From: a virus
Direction: 5' to 3' (one strand)
Virus record (IMG/VR): IMGVR_UViG_3300027901_000002
Coordinates: 1 to 64,000 of that record
DNA length: 64,000 nucleotides
Shown: one piece after another, positions 30,577 to 40,427 of the stretch
Layout of the letters: every line of letters starts with the position of its first letter
Position numbering within the stretch: position 1 is the stretch's first letter
Notes under the pieces: generated by a model
The model's database searches: none
The model's input: the letters and a program-made list of their open reading frames with translations, nothing else
What the model was told of the DNA's origin: nothing
Program-made: the position numbers and the translations under genes

Positions 30577-33228
30577 TTATTGATATACTGTATCTTCCGT
30601 TCTAATTACCGCTACTGACATTCCTCCAGAAGTAATACTAGAAGTTGTCTCAAACGGTAGTATAGGCGTTCCTGCTTCCACGTTTCTTGCTCTTACTATA
30701 ACATCTCGATTTGTGTTGTAGAGAATAGTCTTTTCGATACTAGTTGTTGCCGCTTTTTTAAGAATAAACGGACAATAAACAGTGTCAGAACCGTCGTAGG
30801 TCTGAACTAAACTCCCAATTTCGTAGGCATCGCCAGTTGACCAAGCCAAAGTATTTGAACCAAATCCAGTTACTGTAACTAAAGTATCTTCGTCTGTAAC
30901 GCTTACAACATATCCCCAGGTTCCATCTGTCGTATTTCTAATAATATCGCCATATTGAATACCCCAAGTTACGAAAGTTGCAGCATCGTCTTCTAAAGTG
31001 TTTCCACTTGAATCTGCGTCTGCTGTTCCAGTTCTTTCAGTCATCAAAGTAAATATTTTGCCAGTCCAAGAAGTGTAACGATAAATATGTTCTTCTTCTT
31101 CGTCGACCGCAACAACCACAACATGCCCTGTTGCTGGAGTATCTATTGGAATGTCTTCTTGAATTTCTAATGTTGAATCGCTTTGTGAATTGTTTGTTGC
31201 GTGACTAGTGTAAGTATCTTTGTCTATTTCACCAGATCCATCATCTAAGAAAACCCCAACTCTATCGCCAGAAACTGTGTTTGAAACTTTAACGACTACT
31301 GAAGTGTAAGGGGTTCTCACGTTTCCGTTTTCGTCTGTCAACTGAATATTATTAGCGTCTGCTGCTGCCATTCCTTGTAACCATATTCCTTGAGCTCCGA
31401 AAAATACGCCTCCAGCAAATGTTCCGTAAGGTGCGGCTTTAACTAATGGATGTGTTGATTTCGCTCTTTCGTATTCTTGACCATCAACAATTGTTATACT
31501 AGAACCATTACTTGTAAATATTTGATATTCAGAACCGTCTTGACAAACGTGTTTTATAAATTCGTATATTTCAGCAAGAGATCTACCAGTATTGTAAATA
31601 CTACCACCTTCTATAAAGACGTTGTAAGAATACGCTGTCTGTTGTGTGAAGGCAAAATCTTCGTTGTTATCGTCTGTTAAACCACTATCACAATCACAAG
31701 TTGCTCCAGAAATATCTCCAGTAAAACTATCTGCTGAATCTGGTTCGTCTGTTGGATCAACATTCCCAAGAGTCATAGTTGAAGAACCATTAGTATAAAT
31801 CATTATAGCTTCGCTTGAACCTGCATTCCAAGTAATTCTTTCTCCTGGAATAAAATCTCCAGCAAAGTTACTTACTGTTACAGTTCCATTAACATGAGCT
31901 ATAGTAACGTCGCTAAATCCACAAACCCCTCTATTGTAATTGTCAGGAACAGCAGAACCAGTTGTTGCTCCAGTTACTAAGTTTGTCGTGTTCATATCAA
32001 TGTAATACGCATCTCTATTTGTTCCAGTTTGCGTAAGATCTACTTCACAAACTACAGTATCTCCAGCAGTACTATATCCTCTTTGTAAAGCTTTTGCTCC
32101 ACTTGTTGCTTGTGTTAATAATTGACCGTTTGTCGTAAAGTCTGTGCCAGGGGTATAATCAAAGTATGAATCTCCTTCGGTTCCGTTTGTGTTAGCTGTC
32201 CACGTTCCATCTCCACAACCATCGTTGTCAAGAATATCAGCACCATTTACCTTCCTTAAACCTTTAAGACCTAAGAGGTATTCTGCTCCAGTTATATTAG
32301 AAGAAGTTCTAATTTCTGCATACCATTCAATTGCTCCAGAAGTTGGATGATAAATAATATCTCCCACGCTTGGTGTGCCACCAGAAACTCCATCTATTAA
32401 TAGATAACAATCCATGTCGTCGTCGTTAAGATCGTCTGCAGTAGATAATGGTACGGCATTTCTGCCTCCACTCGTGAGATCTATTTCAAAATGATCATAT
32501 AAATCTCCAGATTGTCGAGCAAAAACTGTTATAACTCCACTAGCTATTTCTACACCCATTTCTTTTACTTGAATAAGAACGTCGATATGTCCTCTATCCC
32601 AATTGTCTTTATCAGACCATTCGTCAATCCTCTCAGAGGCTTGAAACACGTAAACTTGAGCATAAGGACTTGACTCAATAGTACCTAAAGTATAGATGTT
32701 TGCGTAAAGTTCTTCTCCAGTTAGAGAGCCTCCACTATCAATTAAATCGTCTAATACTTGAGTGTCGTCCATATCTAAATTTGTTGTTGTGTTCGAAAAA
32801 CTATCACTTGTTCTAACCCATATATAATCAAGAGTGTTGTCGTATCCAAGCAAGATTCCAGTATCAGTCGGAGTTCCTCCAGAATATCCAATTTCTTTTC
32901 CTATATCACTAGTTGTGAATGTATAAGCGCAAGATTCCATTTTAAGCAATCGAATAGCGGTATTATAACCAACAGTTTCGATAGCGCCTTCTTTTAGATA
33001 TTTGTGAGCTTCTGAATCTTCACCTATATCTAAGAACCATCCGTTTATCATTTGGAATTCGTTAGGCGTTAAAGCTTTCATAGGAACGTCGTCGTCCATT
33101 GCCGCTTGTTCGTCAAAAGTGTCCATAAGCCACGAATAAAACGCTCGTACAGTATATGTATTATTGTTTGCAGTATGATATACTCTTTGATTAGTGTAAT
33201 CAACCGCAAAATCGTCGCCAATTGCCAT
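30577..33228 (-). CDS. Large acidic G/T/D-rich virion protein
   Basis: 883 aa, beta-rich composition, in a cluster with other structural-type genes. Confidence 0.6.
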   Translation of the reverse strand: MAIGDDFAVDYTNQRVYHTANNNTYTVRAFYSWLMDTFDEQAAMDDDVPMKALTPNEFQMINGWFLDIGEDSEAHKYLKEGAIETVGYNTAIRLLKMESCAYTFTTSDIGKEIGYSGGTPTDTGILLGYDNTLDYIWVRTSDSFSNTTTNLDMDDTQVLDDLIDSGGSLTGEELYANIYTLGTIESSPYAQVYVFQASERIDEWSDKDNWDRGHIDVLIQVKEMGVEIASGVITVFARQSGDLYDHFEIDLTSGGRNAVPLSTADDLNDDDMDCYLLIDGVSGGTPSVGDIIYHPTSGAIEWYAEIRTSSNITGAEYLLGLKGLRKVNGADILDNDGCGDGTWTANTNGTEGDSYFDYTPGTDFTTNGQLLTQATSGAKALQRGYSTAGDTVVCEVDLTQTGTNRDAYYIDMNTTNLVTGATTGSAVPDNYNRGVCGFSDVTIAHVNGTVTVSNFAGDFIPGERITWNAGSSEAIMIYTNGSSTMTLGNVDPTDEPDSADSFTGDISGATCDCDSGLTDDNNEDFAFTQQTAYSYNVFIEGGSIYNTGRSLAEIYEFIKHVCQDGSEYQIFTSNGSSITIVDGQEYERAKSTHPLVKAAPYGTFAGGVFFGAQGIWLQGMAAADANNIQLTDENGNVRTPYTSVVVKVSNTVSGDRVGVFLDDGSGEIDKDTYTSHATNNSQSDSTLEIQEDIPIDTPATGHVVVVAVDEEEEHIYRYTSWTGKIFTLMTERTGTADADSSGNTLEDDAATFVTWGIQYGDIIRNTTDGTWGYVVSVTDEDTLVTVTGFGSNTLAWSTGDAYEIGSLVQTYDGSDTVYCPFILKKAATTSIEKTILYNTNRDVIVRARNVEAGTPILPFETTSSITSGGMSVAVIRTEDTVYQ

Positions 33229-33259
33229 TTTTCTTCCTTTTCTTTTTTTATTTTTATAA

Positions 33260-35788
33260 TTATTCTACATTAGTGTCTTCGTATAAAATTACAGTCGTTG
33301 AAAATCCATCACTTGTAATTGTCCCAATTCCCTCAAAAGGAATATAACGCGTAGAACCAGTCGAAGATTTCCTCACCCTATAATAGATAGATGTGTCTGC
33401 TGTATGAAGGAAAGACTCAGAAGCATCTCCATTAACATCTGTGTCTTCATTCATTAATTGAGAATCGTCACTTACTTTATAAACTGCAGTTTGAGCGTTT
33501 TCAATATCGTTTCCGTCGGAGTCTTCGACGTGTATTTTTATTAAAACTTGAGTTCCATCTACATCAGTTAATTTTTTAAGAGATTGAGAACCCCCACTTA
33601 CTGTCGTAAAATCTTTTGTTGACATAAGTAGGATTAACGTAGAACCAGTTAATTCAACTGTATCTACTTGAAAATCGTAATCGTAAATGTAAAACGTCAC
33701 ACCATCAACAGATTCTATTGGATCTATTAAATCCATATTAGCTACAAGAGCTGTATAATACCGCATGTATTCAAAAACTTCTTTTAAACTGTGATTCGTA
33801 GTACTTAATTCTATTCTATCTGGTGTTGGCGTTTCGTTAATTGTAATATCACTACTCCAACCAGAAACCGTCCCTACTGCAGTTGTAGCAACATCGTCGT
33901 CTAATAAAACAAAAGCATCTGAAATTGCTGTTTCTCCAAAAGTTTTACCTTCTATTTGCTGAGGAATATAATCGTATTTTCTAACTCTTAATTGAAATGG
34001 ATTGTGAACCGTTGTTGATAAACTACCAGTATACGTTCTAGTCCTTCTTACAACTTGCTGTTCTGCTATATCTCCTCCAGAATCTGTTTGAACGCAAAAT
34101 TCTTGAGAACCACCATCGTTTTCTAATCTAACAGTTGCTTGGTTAATGTTAGAACCTAATTCGTCTTTTACGTTTAAATTATAAGTCGTTTTTTCGTATA
34201 TATTCCAAGTTGCGGTGAAAAGTTGAGACGCTGTTACGTTGTCTGTTGAATCTATTAAATTAATAGTAGCAGTGCCAGAACTATGTGTGAAATAAATATC
34301 GTAACTAGTATTACCAGTAAATAAAAATTCTTTTAAAGAAACAGTTATGCCTTCATTAAGGTTAATTCCAAAAGTATTATTGTAAATTTTACAATCAGTA
34401 AAAGTATTAGACGGCGCAACATAAAACCGCATTCCATAAGAACCAGAAGAGTCGTGTATTTTTGATTTATCTATTGCAAGAGAAGAGGAACGACATTCAA
34501 CTTGATTACAATCGCTAATTTCAACCTCTAACAATTCAACGTCTCCAGCTTGGTTTCCAGATAATCCTAATTCTATGTTATACCAATTTTTAAAGACACT
34601 GCCATAACAATAAAATTTAGAACCACTCCCTCTTACTGTGAAGTCTGGATTTTTACCAGAGGTAACAATAAGAGGTACTGAATTAGCAGCAAAATTTTCG
34701 CCACCTGCTGTGACTTTTTGTCCTAGAGTAACTTGAGCGTTTCCTTTGACTATCCAATCGTATTTCACGTCGTCTGAATATTGACTTATGTAAAACACTT
34801 TTCCAGTTTCTGTGAAGTAGGTTGACGTGCTGTCGTCTCCAAAATTAACTCCACACGTAAATTTTACCAAAGCTTCGTTAAGAATATCTTGGTCGTCGAA
34901 ATACACAATTCCATGTTGAGTGTTGTAACCAACAGCGTCCTCTATGTCTGTAATATCTAATGGACTTCCAACAGTTCCACCAGTAACTGTAATTGATTTA
35001 CCGTATCGCAAATAATCCATTCCAAATGGATAACTTGAAGTATTTGCAGCAAGAAAATCAAATCTAATAACTATGTATTTAATGTCTGTATAATCAACAG
35101 TTGCAGTTTCGTCTACAATTCTCCAATATATAGCTGTTGCTCCAGTAAAATTTGCTCCACTACAAGTTACTTGTGTGTTAGAATCTACGCTAGTTATTGT
35201 GTAATGTCCTTCGTCTACTGATGGTCTATCAAGAATTAATGTATCTCCAACAGAAACCGTTGTAAGAAAATTTTGTCCAGCTTCTGTAAAAATTCCACTT
35301 GACGCAGTTGTTACACCAGCGATTCCAGCGTCAACAGTTTCTCCTTGCATAAAAACGTCATCTTCGTCACCTGAACACAAAAGAACTTCCCAATTACCCA
35401 TTCTCTCTTGATCTCCGCCAAAACTCCATTCCCCCCATCTACCGCTTGCGGATGTTGGTAAGGCAGTACTATCGTACAATCTAATTCTTGTAGCTTCTCC
35501 ATTAGCAAGATATTGATTTCCGCCTTTTCCTTTGACTATATAAATCCATATTAAAAAGTCGTTTTGCGTAATATCTATTGTTGAAGGTAAAGTAAAATAC
35601 ATTGAATTCCATAACGGTTGTCCGCTAGTAGCGTAGAAATTATAACAATCAGTCCCTTGTTTAGGTTCGTAAGAACCGTTTGTTGCCATAGCATAAGTAT
35701 ACGGATCGCCGTAGCAAGGACTCAAAGTCCAGGGGTTTGGCGTCCCTTCACAATCGTCTATCATAGTGTAGTTGGCTGTAACAGTCAC
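33260..35788 (-). CDS. Large virion protein with beta-helix and prealbumin/Ig-like domains
   Basis: Parallel beta-helix-like segment (IHDSSG..G...DCKIYNN..GI), two V.D..G..I..A.V...TD..G domains. Confidence 0.6.
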   Translation of the reverse strand: MTVTANYTMIDDCEGTPNPWTLSPCYGDPYTYAMATNGSYEPKQGTDCYNFYATSGQPLWNSMYFTLPSTIDITQNDFLIWIYIVKGKGGNQYLANGEATRIRLYDSTALPTSASGRWGEWSFGGDQERMGNWEVLLCSGDEDDVFMQGETVDAGIAGVTTASSGIFTEAGQNFLTTVSVGDTLILDRPSVDEGHYTITSVDSNTQVTCSGANFTGATAIYWRIVDETATVDYTDIKYIVIRFDFLAANTSSYPFGMDYLRYGKSITVTGGTVGSPLDITDIEDAVGYNTQHGIVYFDDQDILNEALVKFTCGVNFGDDSTSTYFTETGKVFYISQYSDDVKYDWIVKGNAQVTLGQKVTAGGENFAANSVPLIVTSGKNPDFTVRGSGSKFYCYGSVFKNWYNIELGLSGNQAGDVELLEVEISDCNQVECRSSSLAIDKSKIHDSSGSYGMRFYVAPSNTFTDCKIYNNTFGINLNEGITVSLKEFLFTGNTSYDIYFTHSSGTATINLIDSTDNVTASQLFTATWNIYEKTTYNLNVKDELGSNINQATVRLENDGGSQEFCVQTDSGGDIAEQQVVRRTRTYTGSLSTTVHNPFQLRVRKYDYIPQQIEGKTFGETAISDAFVLLDDDVATTAVGTVSGWSSDITINETPTPDRIELSTTNHSLKEVFEYMRYYTALVANMDLIDPIESVDGVTFYIYDYDFQVDTVELTGSTLILLMSTKDFTTVSGGSQSLKKLTDVDGTQVLIKIHVEDSDGNDIENAQTAVYKVSDDSQLMNEDTDVNGDASESFLHTADTSIYYRVRKSSTGSTRYIPFEGIGTITSDGFSTTVILYEDTNVE

Positions 35789-36645
35789 GTTCCTAACATC
35801 ATTTGTATTATTTCAGCAATTGTTGGTCTTAATAAAGTTTTTTTACAATTTTCACATAATCTGTCTGGATCAATGGGTCTCATTTTTCCTTCTCCAAATA
35901 ATGAAGGAGGAGGTGCTAAACAAGAATATTTCTTTTCTAATTTAATAGCTTCTTCTCTCGTAACTCGTGGAATTTGTTCTCTAAATCTCTTTTTGTTTTC
36001 GTACAAAATTTCGTTGCTTCCCAAACAAGCTTTTGCCATATTTAATAAAGAACACGCAGAATCCATCCAACCCATTATATCGTTGCATAAATTTAAGAGA
36101 CTTTCGTCTGTTTGATTTTCAAATCTTAATCTTTGTATTTCTGTAATATAATACATTAATCTTCCGTTCCACAAACAAGTTTCTTCAACGAATAAACTTT
36201 GCGTCGGAAATATCATATCTTTAATTTCTGACGTAACTTGAACTGCTTGTTCAGTAGAGGCTAATTCGTCTAGTTGTTCTTCTTGTCTACATTGAGCGCA
36301 AAATTTTTTCGTGTCGTAAATATACCATTCCCCGTATAAAGGCGGATGCTCTACAATATTAATAGTTAAACCTAAATCGTAGCGATCGTTTATTTCTTTC
36401 GCTTGTTTCGTAGATTCTGTGCAAAAATTAGTCAATTGACCTAGAAAAGTTGCGTGTGGCCTTATTTCGTGAATTTTATCTCTTACTTGTGGAGTTTGCT
36501 TTCTAAAATTTTTTTCTGTATCTATAAAAGAAGGATAAATAGTCTCCCTCCACAAACTTTTTCTTCCCATAGAAACTTTTCCTATTAAAAATATGTTGTA
36601 AGCACATTTTCTAAATATTTCTTTTATATCTTGAAGCGCTCCCAT
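35785..36645 (-). CDS. Hypothetical protein
   Basis: 286-aa ORF with dispersed CxxC motifs. Confidence 0.6.
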   Translation of the reverse strand: MGALQDIKEIFRKCAYNIFLIGKVSMGRKSLWRETIYPSFIDTEKNFRKQTPQVRDKIHEIRPHATFLGQLTNFCTESTKQAKEINDRYDLGLTINIVEHPPLYGEWYIYDTKKFCAQCRQEEQLDELASTEQAVQVTSEIKDMIFPTQSLFVEETCLWNGRLMYYITEIQRLRFENQTDESLLNLCNDIMGWMDSACSLLNMAKACLGSNEILYENKKRFREQIPRVTREEAIKLEKKYSCLAPPPSLFGEGKMRPIDPDRLCENCKKTLLRPTIAEIIQMMLGT

Positions 36646-37157
36646 AATTACACCTTTTCAAATAAATTTGCGTCTACCCAAGTTATTCTATTTGAACCTT
36701 TTCTCCTTACTAATATTTTATCAGTTGCGGTTGGTTTTGTATCTTGTTCGTCTCCTAAAACAATGTAAATTTTTCCCTTAAAATGAGAATAAACTTCTTC
36801 GTATTTTTGTTTTAATTTTATTTCGTCGAATAAATTAAACTTCATATCTCAACATCTGGATTGTTTTTAATAAATTCTTTTAATGATACCCAATTTTTCC
36901 AAGTTCTATTATGACCAATAACGGTCATTTGTACATAAATTTTACCAGAATAATTAACTTTTTGTAGGTGTGTAACTTCCATTTCAATTCCAGAGGAATC
37001 TTTAATTTTTATGGTTTCAACCAGTTTTTAAAACCCCTTGTTTTCTACCCTGTTTTTATTAGGTACAAAAGTTACCTACACTACAAAAACATTTAACTGG
37101 GAAAATTTACTTCCTTTGTTCCTTACTATTTTTATAAATTATTCTAATTTAAAGGTG

Positions 37158-38228
37158 TTATAAAACCATATCACCAGTAAATCTTAATAAGGTCGCTTGT
37201 TTTTTTTCTTTCTGTTTCTTTTGCTCTTTTGTTTCCTTTGGTTTTGTTTTCTTTTTCTTCCCATGTAACCAATCCTCTTTCTCCTCTTTTGGTTTAAACT
37301 TAATAGGAGGAAAATTCATTTTCGCCCTCTTATCGTGTTTTCCAAAATTAAGAAGAATCCCGTTAAGATATTTTTGTTTGTAGTCGTATTTGTATGTGTC
37401 TACAAAAGACAAATTTTCGCTTGGTGAGACACTTGAATAAAATTTATGAAGGTTGTTTCCCAACCAATTTAAAATAAAGATGAAAGGATGTTCGCAATTC
37501 TCGAAATCTTTTTTCTCACATTTTCCAGTCAATATTTTGTAAGCAACTTGCTGAGAACTAAGCTTTTCTTCTTCTATTGGTTTAAAGGATTTAATCCCAC
37601 TCAATATGTTTCTCAAAGTCACTCGCATGTCGGAGTCGTAAATATCCTCAATGTCTCCCTGCCAATCTGGATATTTTTTCTTAACGAATTGCTCTACGTC
37701 CTTTCGAGTAGGAGCTTGAAGTTTTAGCGGAGTCATTTGTTTTGCGACTGTTGCGTGAACCGTATCTTTTTTATTGACAATTACAATAAAAGGATTTTTG
37801 GATTCTTTTACGTAAAAATTAATGAGAGCATAAGCTCTCCAGTAAAAGGAGTCTCCCTCTACTACGAAGATAGTGTTCCTCGTTTGTAGAGGGAGTTGTG
37901 CAAAATCCTTCAGTAAATCCTCGGTGTTTCTAGGATAAGAGTATTTTATCTGCCACCCAATTTCGCTGGCAATAAGTCTTGGGAGTGAGGATTTTCCAAC
38001 GCCATGTTCGCCAAACAAAAGGATTTTTTCGTTATTAAGGATAAGCTTTCGCAATTGATTTCTTTGTTTTTCGTTTCCCGCGATTAAAAAACTCGCCAAA
38101 ATTTTTTTGCCTGTGTAATTTTCGTAAGCTGTTGTGCATTCTTCAACAGTTGAATTACACAGGCAAGCGATTTCAGGTAATGTAAACCTATTCTGATATA
38201 CTAATTTTTTTACGCGTTTTCCTAACAT
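37158..38228 (-). CDS. rfcL: Replication factor C large subunit-like AAA+ protein
   Basis: GEHGVGKS, degenerate Walker B, D.R..L sensor, basic tail with PIP-like QATLLRF. ATG 38228 is preferred over the track's 38258 start, which lies inside the ncRNA. Confidence 0.75.
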   Translation of the reverse strand: MLGKRVKKLVYQNRFTLPEIACLCNSTVEECTTAYENYTGKKILASFLIAGNEKQRNQLRKLILNNEKILLFGEHGVGKSSLPRLIASEIGWQIKYSYPRNTEDLLKDFAQLPLQTRNTIFVVEGDSFYWRAYALINFYVKESKNPFIVIVNKKDTVHATVAKQMTPLKLQAPTRKDVEQFVKKKYPDWQGDIEDIYDSDMRVTLRNILSGIKSFKPIEEEKLSSQQVAYKILTGKCEKKDFENCEHPFIFILNWLGNNLHKFYSSVSPSENLSFVDTYKYDYKQKYLNGILLNFGKHDKRAKMNFPPIKFKPKEEKEDWLHGKKKKTKPKETKEQKKQKEKKQATLLRFTGDMVL

Positions 38229-38237
38229 AAATTTAAG

Positions 38238-38366
38238 TAAGGAAGGTCGGATTTGCACCGACGCTTTCTTAGGTGATGGTCTCAGTAAAGAAAGTCTAAA
38301 ATAGATAAGCGGACGTCCTTACCATCATTACCGTCAGTAGGCTTTACGCTATCTATTTTCTTCCTT
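38238..38366 (-). ncRNA. tRNA-like structured RNA (acceptor stem + T-arm, two extended kissing arms)
   Basis: AAGGAAG/CUUCCUU 7-bp terminal stem, GUCGG-UGCAAAU-CCGAC T-arm, 13-bp and 7-bp arms, complementary loops UGAUGGU/ACCAUCA. Confidence 0.75.
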
Positions 38367-38401
38367 TATTTTATTTTATTTTTAAATTTTCTTAACATAA
38401 A

Positions 38402-38423
38402 AATATTTTAAACATTTATAAAT
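38402..38423 (-). promoter_or_regulatory. Putative TATA-type promoter motif (copy 2), upstream of the tRNA-like RNA
   Basis: Plus-strand AATATTTTAAACATTTATAAAT. Confidence 0.5.
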
Positions 38424-38984
38424 GTGTATTCCCAGACGAAGCATTTTTATTATTTTCAGATTTTTAAAAATAATAAAATAATCAAAATTGAAGTCGCTAC
38501 GACGTTTCCAATCGAGGTATATAAAATAAACCTAAGAGTAGAGTTAATTTTTTGCGTTACGTTTAGTGTGTCTTGTAAAGTATCTAAAAGTTCGAGTATA
38601 TCTTCTTCCATACTTAAGAAGAGTCCTAGCTCGTACAAATCTTTTTTCGTGTAAGACGAATTACATTCTTTACAATAAAATCTTTCGTAAACCCAATTCA
38701 TTTCAATGTTTTTATGTATCGGACAATTCATTAGTTGTTCGCCATTATTAAGCAAAGCGTTATAATTACGATAGATACGCCTAAAAACAAGGAAATAACA
38801 AAAAGGGCGTATTTTTTAAGTTGGTTCAATTTTTTCGACCTTAAAAGTAGTTTCGTTATCGATTCTTTCTGGATCTTGATTCCAAATCCTTTTAGTTGCT
38901 TTTCTAATCGCTTCGCACTCGTCTTCCGCTTCTACTTCTACTCTGTAAATATCTATCAAAAATTCTTTTACTTCTACTTTATAT

Positions 38985-39428
38985 TTAACCACTCATATCC
39001 ACTCTTATTTCCATTATTATACCATCTTCGATTTTTGCGTAAACTGGATACAATCCATCTCCAAATCCAGAATCAAAAGATACAGCTAAACCATCGTGTC
39101 CAAGGTGGAAAGGTATTTGTTTGTAACTTTTTCCTTTTTTGTGAGAGACGTAATTGTAAGAAAATTCAAATTCTGGTTCGTAATGTATTCGAATCCATTG
39201 TTTAAGATCGTGTATTAAGTTATTAGGTGTTAATCCTAGTTCTTTTATTTCTTGTTCGTAGCTATCAAAATCTTTACCATATTTGTATATTTTACCGCTT
39301 TCTTTGTCTCGATATTCTCTTATATCTTCGTATTCGCCTTTTTTCCACCATTTAAGATAAGAAGGATCGCATATTATTAACTGTCCAGAATCTACTCCAA
39401 CTACGCCAATTTTTTTCCATTCTGTCAT
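38985..39428 (-). CDS. DUF4241-like protein
   Basis: GVDSGQL.ICDP and SGFGDGLYPVY. Confidence 0.75.
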   Translation of the reverse strand: MTEWKKIGVVGVDSGQLIICDPSYLKWWKKGEYEDIREYRDKESGKIYKYGKDFDSYEQEIKELGLTPNNLIHDLKQWIRIHYEPEFEFSYNYVSHKKGKSYKQIPFHLGHDGLAVSFDSGFGDGLYPVYAKIEDGIIMEIRVDMSG

Positions 39429-39566
39429 TTCGAGTCGGTAGAGTTCGTCAACTCAGTGTTTCACATGCATGTTACGCACACCCCTGATAGCTCCTTGCTG
39501 TTGATTGAGGTAAGTGCAATGAGCACGTCTCTCGCTCCTTAGGAGTCCGTCTTAGGAGGCACCGAT
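39429..39566 (-). ncRNA. BHB-flanked element C (138 nt): predicted intron/circular RNA
   Basis: CGAG-AAA-UCGGU ... ACCGA-CUCG-AAA; GC-rich and structured. Confidence 0.75.
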
Positions 39567-39979
39567 TTCTCGTCTAACTCTTTTAACCATCTATTTATAA
39601 AACCATTTATTTCGTGAGTTGGAACGTTATATCCGCTTGGACTACCTTCAGACCATTTGTTTAAAATTCTTTGCGTTTCTAACAAAACTAGTTCTGCCAT
39701 AGTTTTTCTTTCTTTCAGAAGGTGTTGTTTTCTACTTAATTCCGCTTTTTCGTACATTCCATCTCTATAAAGCATTCTTGCAAACTTCATTTTTTGACGC
39801 AATTCAAAAATACCTAAATAATGACGATTAAACATTTCCACCAAAAACCTAGAATTTCGTCCTCTTTTTTCGAGCATTTTAATTGCTTTGTAAGTTCGCA
39901 AAAAATTACCAATACTTAGTTTAATTGGATTAGTACTTATATTACTACAAATTGATTCTATTTTTTCTCTTTTTGACAT
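39539..39979 (-). CDS. Hypothetical protein; 3' end interrupted by BHB element C
   Basis: 146-aa ORF. The predicted spliced form ends ELDEK-stop. Confidence 0.6.
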   Translation of the reverse strand: MSKREKIESICSNISTNPIKLSIGNFLRTYKAIKMLEKRGRNSRFLVEMFNRHYLGIFELRQKMKFARMLYRDGMYEKAELSRKQHLLKERKTMAELVLLETQRILNKWSEGSPSGYNVPTHEINGFINRWLKELDEKSVPPKTDS

Positions 39980-40194
39980 TATTTTTCGTCTAATTTAGAT
40001 ATTGGACAATTTTCCCAATCTTGTGAATTGTAACAACCGCTAGTACATCCTCCTCCTTTGCCACATATTTCTCCACCACCTCTTAAATCTACAAGATATG
40101 GACATGTTGTTTTACAAATCCACGTAACATGGTTCCAAGGGCAGTTGTTTATGTATTCACAACCTATACAATAATCTACGCTATAACTTGGCAT
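39979..40194 (-). CDS. Small Cys-rich protein
   Basis: Likely ATG at 40194 (MPSYSVDYC...), 10 cysteines. Confidence 0.6.
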   Translation of the reverse strand: MPSYSVDYCIGCEYINNCPWNHVTWICKTTCPYLVDLRGGGEICGKGGGCTSGCYNSQDWENCPISKLDEK

Positions 40195-40196
40195 AT

Positions 40197-40341
40197 ATCG
40201 AGTCGGCCTCAATTGAGATTTTTGCTCTGGCTTGGGAAATTTGCATGCTTTCCAAAATAGTTAAAAGCTATAAAGTTTATAATCCAATGGGATCTCTAGT
40301 CCCTGTCTACCCCCCAAGAGGCCGTCGCAGAGCTTACCGAT
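40197..40341 (-). ncRNA. BHB-flanked element B (145 nt)
   Basis: CGAG-AAA-UCGGU ... GCCGA-CUCG-AUA; inner stems GCUCUG/CAGAGC and CUUGGG/CCCAAG. Confidence 0.7.
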
Positions 40342-40427
40342 TTCTCGTTCGGCGGGATGTAGTGACAATACGCACCGTCCCTATGTGACCTTCCTTATTA
40401 CTCTTACGAGCTATGCCCTATACCGAT

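Noticed and set aside
37021-37150. Non-coding gap with short repeats (AAAACAGGG/AAAACAAGGGG) and CCAGTT/AACTGG ends
   Set aside because: Pairing is too weak to call an RNA. Probably a promoter or leader for the structural cassette.
38238-38366. Canonical tRNA or tRNA-Sec
   Set aside because: No D-arm consensus, no 7-nt anticodon loop, and no BHB that would yield one.
39508-39515. ACUUACCU in a loop of element C, identical to the U1 snRNA 5' splice-site recognition sequence
   Set aside because: A single 8-mer noticed post hoc, with no other U1 features such as an Sm site. Most likely chance.
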